From assembly GCA_051874735.1 (NCBI GenBank), contig JBJEGD010000013.1, positions 1 through 64,000 on the forward strand: a DNA stretch of 64,000 nt, read 5' to 3'. The translations under genes and the position numbers were made by a program. Positions 57,103 through 64,000 of this stretch are shown here, piece after piece (position 1 is the stretch's first letter; every line of letters begins with the position of its first letter). The notes below the pieces were generated by a model. That model was not told where the DNA came from. It did not search any database and worked only from the letters and a program-made list of their open reading frames with translations. Origin of the DNA: Candidatus Bruticola sp. GTDB lineage: Bacteria > Vulcanimicrobiota > Xenobia > Xenobiales > Xenobiaceae.

Positions 57103-59601
57103 CTAAGTTTCGTTAGTTTCTGCTCTTTCTTCCTCTTCGCTGGGGTAACTGTCTGCATAGACGGCTGCTTCCTGCTTGGCCCATTCCAATAAATGGCGAT
57201 CGCGGAGTAGATCGGCGCAAAGCAGCTCAGGAAAGCCGGATTGGCGTGTGCCGAAGTAATCGCCTGGGCCACGTATTTCTAAGTCTTCCTCAGCCACTTT
57301 AAATCCATCGGCCAATCTAGCAACCGCTTCCAATTTGCGGTTTGACTGACAGTCGCTGGAAGCTAAAAATAGGCAGTAAGATTGTAAATGACTTCTTCCG
57401 ATACGCCCGCGCAGCTGATGCAGTTGAGCCATACCGAAACGATTGGCATCTTGAATTAGTATAACAGTAGCATTGGCTACGTCGACTCCAACTTCTATTA
57501 CTGTAGTTGAAATTAAAATATCTAAGCTGCCTAGGCGGAAAAGTTCCATAATATTTTCCTTTTCCGCCGCTTTCATGCGGCCGTGGAGCAAGCCTACCTG
57601 ATAATTTTTAAATATGCCTTCTTTAAGACGTTCAGCCTCTTGCACAGCGGCACTGACTTCCAATTTGTCGCTTTCATTAATGAGCGGACATACAATATAA
57701 GCTTGATGTCCTTCGTCAATTTGAGAAGCCACAAATTTATAAGCCTTATTGGCGTCTTGAAAAGGCACGCAGCGTGATTTTATGGGCAAACGGCCCGGAG
57801 GCAATTCGTCAAGCTTAGAAAGTTCTAAATCACCGTATATAGTGAGTGACATGGTGCGAGGAATAGGGGTGGCCGTCATGAGCAGTACATCGCAATTTGT
57901 TTGAACTCCGCTTTTTTGCTTTAGAGCTTGACGCTGCATCACTCCGAATTTATGCTGTTCATCTATAACGGCTAAGCCCAGTTTTGCAAATTCTACGCTG
58001 CTCTGAATAAGGGCGTGGGTGCCTACAGCCAGATCGAAAAGGCCATTTTTTATTTGTTCTGCTATCTGTAGCTTGTGTTTTTTGCTCAGACTGCCCTTCA
58101 ACAAACAGATTTTAAGGCCGATAGGTCCCAAAAGTTCGCAAAGTTTTAGGTAGTGCTGTTGAGCTAGCAATTCCGTTGGCGCCATAATGGCCGCCTGATA
58201 GCCGCTTTTAATGGCGGCTAGAGCGGCGTAAGCAGCTATTACAGTTTTCCCTGAACCAACGTCTCCTTGCAGCATACGATTCATGGGATGGTTTTGTATT
58301 AAGTCGCTGTTGATTTCGTCTATAACCCGATGCTGAGCTCCAGTTAGTTTAAACGGAAGCAATTTGACAAATTCTGTTTTAATAAGAGAAAGATTTTTAT
58401 AAATGACGCTGCGCTGTAGACTGCAGCGGGTGCGCCGTCTATGGGTTATGCGCAACTGCAAAAAAAATAATTCTTCGAAAGATAAGCGCTGCTGAGCACT
58501 CCAAAGTTGATCATAATTTTGAGGCCAATGCATAAACATAATAGCCTGATTTTTCTCAATAAAGCCGTATTTTTTTAGCAGATCAGGCGGTAAATTGTCT
58601 TCCATAAGAGAAGCGCATTTGGGCACTAACCTAAACATCAGCTTATGCATAAAACTTTGATAAAGTTTGGTGCTCAATCGGTAAATAGGCACAATACGCT
58701 CAAACGATGGAGAATTTTCACTTTGGAGAGCAAATTCCGGTGAAACTAAGCGCATAATGCAGCCGCGGTCGTATTCAGCTTTGCCAAAAGCTATGATGTG
58801 CGTATTAGGACGAATTTTGCTTAACAAATAAGGTTGATTGAACCAGACTAATTTTACTGATCCGCTTCCATCAGTGATTTCAGCTTCTATCAGACGATGG
58901 CGGCTTAGCATCACCGTTTTGACTTTAAGAATGACACCGCGAATCTGTTCAAAGGTACCAGGCCTCAAGTTTGCTATAGGCTGAATGCAGCTGCGATTTT
59001 CCCAACGGCGCGGATAATTGGTAAGCAGATCTTGGAGAGTATAAATACCTAAATTATTAAATAAAATTTGTTTAGCTTTACCGATGCCGCGTATTTTTTC
59101 AACAGGAGTAGTGAGAGTATAATCTGTGGGAGCTGTAGATATAAGCCGTTTGGTCGAATTAACTAAGAGAAAATTTTGCTCAGATTGAGTCATTTCTCGT
59201 TGCTCTTCTGAACTTTTGTCTTGACTGTGGAAAACTAGTGAATCCGCTGGCTCAGGTACACAGTTAACTTTGGCGGTGGCAGCATGCCATGAATGGGGGG
59301 AAGAAGTTGCGGAATTAGGGGAGGCGGCAGCGATAGCAGCCAGAGCTTTGCCTGTTAAAATTAGCTTGCTTTGCCTAACGCGTTGTACCATAGTTCGATA
59401 CCCAGTTAAGGCTTTAATAGTTTGCCGCAATTCTAAAGCTTCGCTCTCATCAAGTTCGTAGGTACGGCGGCAAAAAGATTGGCAGGCTGCATCTATATCA
59501 ATATGGCCAGAGCAGCCATCTTTATATTCACGGCGTAGGAGGCGCAGCATCCGGAAAGCCAGATCTTGGGCCTGTGCAGAATAAGCTCTAGCTCCTTCCA
59601 T
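57103..59601 (-). CDS. recG: ATP-dependent DNA helicase RecG with an N-terminal extension
   Basis: QGDVGSGKT, MAPTELLA, DEQHKFG, TATPIPR, QLHQLRGRIGR, DLEIRGPG. Confidence 0.96.
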   Translation of the reverse strand: MEGARAYSAQAQDLAFRMLRLLRREYKDGCSGHIDIDAACQSFCRRTYELDESEALELRQTIKALTGYRTMVQRVRQSKLILTGKALAAIAAASPNSATSSPHSWHAATAKVNCVPEPADSLVFHSQDKSSEEQREMTQSEQNFLLVNSTKRLISTAPTDYTLTTPVEKIRGIGKAKQILFNNLGIYTLQDLLTNYPRRWENRSCIQPIANLRPGTFEQIRGVILKVKTVMLSRHRLIEAEITDGSGSVKLVWFNQPYLLSKIRPNTHIIAFGKAEYDRGCIMRLVSPEFALQSENSPSFERIVPIYRLSTKLYQSFMHKLMFRLVPKCASLMEDNLPPDLLKKYGFIEKNQAIMFMHWPQNYDQLWSAQQRLSFEELFFLQLRITHRRRTRCSLQRSVIYKNLSLIKTEFVKLLPFKLTGAQHRVIDEINSDLIQNHPMNRMLQGDVGSGKTVIAAYAALAAIKSGYQAAIMAPTELLAQQHYLKLCELLGPIGLKICLLKGSLSKKHKLQIAEQIKNGLFDLAVGTHALIQSSVEFAKLGLAVIDEQHKFGVMQRQALKQKSGVQTNCDVLLMTATPIPRTMSLTIYGDLELSKLDELPPGRLPIKSRCVPFQDANKAYKFVASQIDEGHQAYIVCPLINESDKLEVSAAVQEAERLKEGIFKNYQVGLLHGRMKAAEKENIMELFRLGSLDILISTTVIEVGVDVANATVILIQDANRFGMAQLHQLRGRIGRSHLQSYCLFLASSDCQSNRKLEAVARLADGFKVAEEDLEIRGPGDYFGTRQSGFPELLCADLLRDRHLLEWAKQEAAVYADSYPSEEEERAETNET

Positions 59602-59683
59602 AATACTTTTAATCTCTTTTCCAATAATTCGCTGCAGCCGTCTTGGCTGCGCTGCACTTGACGGCTGTGAAAATTTCTTAGAT

Positions 59684-60745
59684 TCAGTTAAAGCCTAGCA
59701 TTACAGGCTCCGGTACCAAGTTAATACCAAATTTTTCCTGCACTGCGGCTATTATGTCAGACGAAAGGGCTAAAATATCCGCTGCCGAGCCATCGCCAGT
59801 ATTTATCAGAGCCAAGGTATGAGCACTGGAAACACCGGCACGGTTGCGGCGGAATCCTTTGCCAAAACCTGCTTGCTCAACTAACCAAGCTGCAGAAATT
59901 TTGCACATATTACGATTTGCGACATCGTAAATCTGAATCGATGGATAACGCTTTTTTAACTGCTGAGCTTTAGAACGTTCAATTATAGGATTAAGATAAA
60001 AAGAGCCAGCACAGCGGTGGTTAGGATTTTGGAGATCATAAAGCATCGATTTCGAGGCTCTTACTTGCAGAACGGCTCGGCGTACTTCGTCGAGATTAGG
60101 ACGCCAATGACTGTCGGCAGCTAGTTGAGCGGCAAAAAAACGCTCTAAATCTTGATAGCGCAGAGAAGCTTGTCCTTGGCGGCGCAATTTCAAAACGACA
60201 GCTGTGATAAAGAAACGACCTTTCCAAATAGTTTTAAAGTTGCTGGTGCGATAATCAAAGGCGCAGTCTGCGGCCGGTATGGTCTTTAGTTCCAAATTTT
60301 CTAAATCGAGTACCTGAACTCGCTCAAGACTTTGGGCGGCTTCCTGACCGTACGCTCCTATGTTCTGTACAGGAGCTGCTCCTACTTGACCAGGAATTCC
60401 ACTGAGACATTCTATTCCCGCTGCCTTAAAACTGACGCTTTGAGCTACTAAATCATCCCATAATACCCCAGATTGAGCTTCGAAGTAGGTGAAATCATCC
60501 CGATCAGTAACTTTTAGATCCTTCATTTTAGACCTGATCAGAAGGCCGGAAAAACCGGTATCGGCAGCCAAAATATTGCTACCAGAACCAATAGGGAAAA
60601 TCGGCAAATTCTGTTGTCTAGCAAAAATGACACTTTCTTTTAGCTCGCTTAAATTAGTTGGTTCAGCTAAATAAGCAGCTGGGCCGCCTATTTCAAAAGT
60701 TGTCAGTGAAGATAGAGCTACATTAGCTTTAATGAAGTTACACAT
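59684..60745 (-). CDS. murB: UDP-N-acetylmuramate dehydrogenase
   Basis: TTFEIGGPA, GSGSN, GIPGQVGAAPVQNIGAYG, YRTS, AGSFYLNP, HTLALIN, EP. Confidence 0.95.
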   Translation of the reverse strand: MCNFIKANVALSSLTTFEIGGPAAYLAEPTNLSELKESVIFARQQNLPIFPIGSGSNILAADTGFSGLLIRSKMKDLKVTDRDDFTYFEAQSGVLWDDLVAQSVSFKAAGIECLSGIPGQVGAAPVQNIGAYGQEAAQSLERVQVLDLENLELKTIPAADCAFDYRTSNFKTIWKGRFFITAVVLKLRRQGQASLRYQDLERFFAAQLAADSHWRPNLDEVRRAVLQVRASKSMLYDLQNPNHRCAGSFYLNPIIERSKAQQLKKRYPSIQIYDVANRNMCKISAAWLVEQAGFGKGFRRNRAGVSSAHTLALINTGDGSAADILALSSDIIAAVQEKFGINLVPEPVMLGFN

Positions 60746-60947
60746 ACCTGGCGTTCATTTTACAAAGAGAAGCGAAAGCCTTCGATATATTGTTATATTG
60801 ACTTTCCAGTTCTTTAAGTTTGCCCTGCGGTTTCCTGAACTCATAAAAGAGGACAAGGGGGAAAAAAGTCCGAATATATGGAGACTTTTTGTTCCTTGAT
60901 TGGGAAATTTCGGACGCGGAGTGCGGTGCGCGGAGGTTTGGCTAAGT

Positions 60948-62897
60948 ATGGGCGACAGTATATTGTCATCTATGGGATTTAATCGATCGAATTTAAATCA
61001 GGATGTTGCCCGTGTGGTAGCAGAGCAGGGTAAGCTTAATTATGCTCAAGTATTGGAAACGTGCTATCCAGCGCGTCCTATTACTCCGGTGCGTTATAAA
61101 AGTACCCATTTGAAGGCACGCCGTGTAAAATGCATGTTTGTAGGCCCCAATGACCGCGTTCCGGTACGTTGTCCGCGTGGTTACGACTTATTGGCCGTGA
61201 TGGGATTAGGCTTTACCAGACGTGAAACTGAAGATATTGTTGAACTTTTGGAAAGGGCTAAGACTGGAGCCAATGTAATTGTGGGTATACCTGAACAGCC
61301 GTTGTCAGGTTCTGCTCAGCTGAAAGAAATTCAGGCTTTAAATCTGCTGTCTGTCCAGGAACCTTATACTGAGCCTGGCAATGCTAAGAATTTGCTGCAA
61401 AACCGCCGCCATATGGTAAGACGTCAGCTTTTAGAAAAACTGCGCTCTCAGCTTACTCCCAACAACTTCCGCTGGTTATACAAGGGAGAAGTTTATGACG
61501 GTATTAAGAGCGGTATACGCGATATATTTTTTACCGACGTTTTAGAAACAATTTACAAAAAGTGCCCGCCGCTCAAGCCTTGCGGCAGTCTTCGCGATCG
61601 GTGTGAAGCCGCCGATATCCTGTTTAACATAAAAGAGCCTCTTCAGTTTACCTTCCTAGACAAAAGTGGTGGCTATAAGGTTATCAAAGATTTTCTTGTC
61701 AAGGGAGGAGTCGTCTCCGTAGCGGAAGATTGCGGTAGCTATTCTGTTCATAGCGTCAATGGTATCATCGATGAAAAAGCCCCTCTGGCTCCTATTTGGA
61801 ATCGTCTTCTAGTTATGCTGGTCGGCGGAGGTCAAGAGGAACGCAGTAATAGTTTGCGCGACATTCTCAGTAAGTTTTCTGCTCGTCCTTACGGTATAAA
61901 CACCTCTTTCCTTAATGTTCTTTTGGCTGCTGCCGTGCGCCGTTTTGCACCTTCTCTTCATATTACTAAGAGAAATAAGGAAATCCGCTTAGATAGTACA
62001 TCTTTGAAGGAAGCTTGGGGAGACGCTGCTAATTGCCAAATTGTATATACTCCTCAAGCTCCTTACGGCAGTGTCAAAGGGCTGCAGGCTATTGTAGATA
62101 TATTTGGTTTCGTCGGTAGCAGTACTCAAGTGCGCAGTATGTGGGAAATAGCTAAAGATTCCCTCATATCCTGGTATAACAATCTGTCACCTTTAGCGTT
62201 AACTTTAATTGCGGAGTCAGGGACACCAGCTTACTCGCTGAATGAGCTTTTGACTAGCAAGAAAGATGAGCCTGCTCGCCAATTTATTTGCGATGGAGTG
62301 TTAGCTGCTGCTGGTTTGTCCGGCTTGCCTGAAGAGGACGAGCTGGATAAATTATGTAGCTGGCTGCGCGAAGCTCGCGGGGCCTTCGATTCTTGTGAAG
62401 AAAAGTTCCGCCGCCAGTTAGCTAAGCGCATTGCCGTACAGTTCGGTGCTAAAGCTGATGAACTGCCGGAAAAATCTGATGAATATATCCCCGTATTGAA
62501 TTCTTTGTTCCGGCGTTGGTTCTCTCGTTTATATCCCAATAGCGGAGCTAGGAAGATGAATGCCTGGGCGGCTGCTCTTGTGGAAATGTACGCTTTGGAA
62601 CCTGAGGCAGACGCTCATTATTGGTTTGAGCTTTTGCCGCTCCAGTTTGACCTTCCCAGGCTGAGCAGATGGGAGCGCGATCATTCTGTTACTTTTATAG
62701 CTCGTTTAGTAAGAGCGTGCTTGGAGTTGGAGCTTTGGCATATAGAAGCTCTCTTCCCTCTGCCTCAAGACAAAGAAGAAGCAGAGCACAAGTTGAGCCA
62801 TTGGATGCGTTCAGTTATGAACGGTGTCGGCTTGAGTAAAGAACAGCGCGAGTCAATTATTCTGGATTTGCTTGAGGAACTTTGTTGGTCTAAGTAA
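60948..62897 (+). CDS. Hypothetical protein resembling the C-terminal (non-ATPase) half of SspC/BrxC-type ATPases
   Basis: PARPITPVRY, KEIQAL, RWLYKG, LETIY..CP, PIW...SLRDILSKFSARPYGI...VLLAAA; no Walker motifs; ATG 60948 after GGAGG. Confidence 0.5.
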   Translation: MGDSILSSMGFNRSNLNQDVARVVAEQGKLNYAQVLETCYPARPITPVRYKSTHLKARRVKCMFVGPNDRVPVRCPRGYDLLAVMGLGFTRRETEDIVELLERAKTGANVIVGIPEQPLSGSAQLKEIQALNLLSVQEPYTEPGNAKNLLQNRRHMVRRQLLEKLRSQLTPNNFRWLYKGEVYDGIKSGIRDIFFTDVLETIYKKCPPLKPCGSLRDRCEAADILFNIKEPLQFTFLDKSGGYKVIKDFLVKGGVVSVAEDCGSYSVHSVNGIIDEKAPLAPIWNRLLVMLVGGGQEERSNSLRDILSKFSARPYGINTSFLNVLLAAAVRRFAPSLHITKRNKEIRLDSTSLKEAWGDAANCQIVYTPQAPYGSVKGLQAIVDIFGFVGSSTQVRSMWEIAKDSLISWYNNLSPLALTLIAESGTPAYSLNELLTSKKDEPARQFICDGVLAAAGLSGLPEEDELDKLCSWLREARGAFDSCEEKFRRQLAKRIAVQFGAKADELPEKSDEYIPVLNSLFRRWFSRLYPNSGARKMNAWAAALVEMYALEPEADAHYWFELLPLQFDLPRLSRWERDHSVTFIARLVRACLELELWHIEALFPLPQDKEEAEHKLSHWMRSVMNGVGLSKEQRESIILDLLEELCWSK

Positions 62898-62943
62898 AAA
62901 TCGTAGCTATCCTGACTCCTAAGTTAGGGGTGCTGTTTGTGCA

Positions 62944-62978
62944 GGATCCTGTTCTCTAAATAAGAGGGCAGGATTCTT
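62944..62978 (+). terminator. Terminator-like hairpin
   Basis: GGATCCTGTTCTCT...AGAGGGCAGGATTC then TT. Confidence 0.5.
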
Positions 62979-63063
62979 AATTGTGTTCTGACAAATACAA
63001 TTGCTGGTGTACATATGTACATAGAATACGCTCATTCAGCTATTTAACGGCGGGTAAAGAATT

Positions 63064-64000
63064 GTGGAAAAATGGTTGAAAAGGCAGCCCCCGGGTAGAA
63101 TTATTGCGTTAGGTTTCGCTTTAGCTATTTTTGTGGGGTCATTTCTGCTCATGCTGCCTGTCAGCTTGCGCACTGGTGTTAGCATCAATTATATAGACGC
63201 CCTTTATACTTCAGCTAGTGCCGTATGTGTAACCGGACTGATTGCTGTAGATGCAGGCGACACTTTTACACCTTTTGGCCAATTTATGCTCGGTCTGCTT
63301 ATTCAGATAGGCGGTTTAGGAGTTACTTCGGTTGGGGCTGGCGTAATTTTAGCTATAGGTCAAAAAATCAACCTGAAAGGCCGCAGCCTTATTAGAGAAT
63401 CGTTAAATTTAAGTACTGGTCAGGGGTTAATACGCCTCTTGAAAAACGTTTTGCTGACCACATTCGTTTTTGAATTTACTGGCGCTTTGCTTAGTTTTTG
63501 TGTTTTTGTTCGAGATTACCCACCTCTTAAGGCTGCCGGAATTAGTCTGTTTCATTCAGTAGCTACTTTCAATAATTCAGGTTTTGACATTTTAGGAAAT
63601 TTTCAGAGTTTAATGGCTTATAAAGATAATTTAGCTCTGAATTTAATTACCAGCACTCTCATTATCTTAGGCGGTATAGGTTTTTGGGTAATACATGAGA
63701 TTGTAGCATGCCGTTTTAATTGGCGTCGTCTTTCCATGCATTCCAAAACGGTTATTTCCATGAGCACTGCGCTGATCACTGTCGGTACTTTGCTACTTAA
63801 AGCTACTGAAGATATAAGTTGGCTAGGGGCCTTTTTTCAAAGTGTTTCAGCTAGAACGGCCGGTTTCTCCACCTATGCTGTGGGTAGTTTTACCAACGCC
63901 GGTCTACTGATCATGATACTTCTAATGTTTATTGGTGCTTCCCCCGGTTCTACTGGAGGAGGTATAAAAACTACCACTTTTTTTGTACTTGTTCGGGGAA
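63064..64000 (+). CDS. Trk/Ktr potassium uptake permease (KtrB/TrkH), truncated by the window end
   Basis: Not in the ORF track; translated by hand: GRIIALGF, SAVCVTGL, LIQIGGLG, FNNSGF, LGGIGF, RTAGF, MFIGASPGSTGGGIKTTT. Confidence 0.92.
   Translation, partial: MEKWLKRQPPGRIIALGFALAIFVGSFLLMLPVSLRTGVSINYIDALYTSASAVCVTGLIAVDAGDTFTPFGQFMLGLLIQIGGLGVTSVGAGVILAIGQKINLKGRSLIRESLNLSTGQGLIRLLKNVLLTTFVFEFTGALLSFCVFVRDYPPLKAAGISLFHSVATFNNSGFDILGNFQSLMAYKDNLALNLITSTLIILGGIGFWVIHEIVACRFNWRRLSMHSKTVISMSTALITVGTLLLKATEDISWLGAFFQSVSARTAGFSTYAVGSFTNAGLLIMILLMFIGASPGSTGGGIKTTTFFVLVRG

Noticed and set aside
62898-63063. c-di-AMP (ydaO) riboswitch upstream of ktrB
   Set aside because: The conserved GCTGAATCC...GGAACC pattern is absent; only a terminator-like hairpin and a palindrome are present
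1-64000. CRISPR array, IS elements, prophage, rRNA
   Set aside because: No regularly spaced nucleotide repeats, transposase, integrase, phage structural genes or rRNA sequence seen

Overview
A 64 kb, AT-leaning (roughly low-to-mid 40s % GC by eye) stretch of bacterial core chromosome. It has about 58 protein genes, one tRNA-Arg(CCT), an L20 leader and many intrinsic terminators. No CRISPR array, IS element, integrase, prophage or rRNA is visible. Housekeeping content: infC(AUU start)-rpmI-rplT, gltX, recJ, gmhA, rplU-prp, lspA-lgt, rluD, secD-secF, upp, clpB, tdk, folA, yceD-rpmF-fabG-acpP, murB-recG-rsmD, and a partial ktrB/trkH. The gene orders, the L20 leader and the pilin family are Terrabacteria-like and suggest a little-studied lineage such as Ca. 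Eremiobacterota/Vulcanimicrobiota (inference). I see no complete, obviously novel multi-gene system. The best leads are: (1) a eukaryotic Dus3-type tRNA dihydrouridine synthase in an operon with deoD and an RNase Z-like nuclease; (2) a GNAT plus catalytically degenerate LuxE-like protein plus membrane protein operon; (3) a stand-alone, ATPase-less protein resembling the C-terminal half of SspC/BrxC-type defence ATPases; (4) a Prp protease with no rpmA substrate gene next to it; (5) a double-FHA protein with a 13-aa tandem repeat; (6) a PMT/GT39 glycosyltransferase inside the lspA-lgt-rluD cluster; (7) two candidate structured ncRNAs. All family calls are motif recognition by eye, not database searches.
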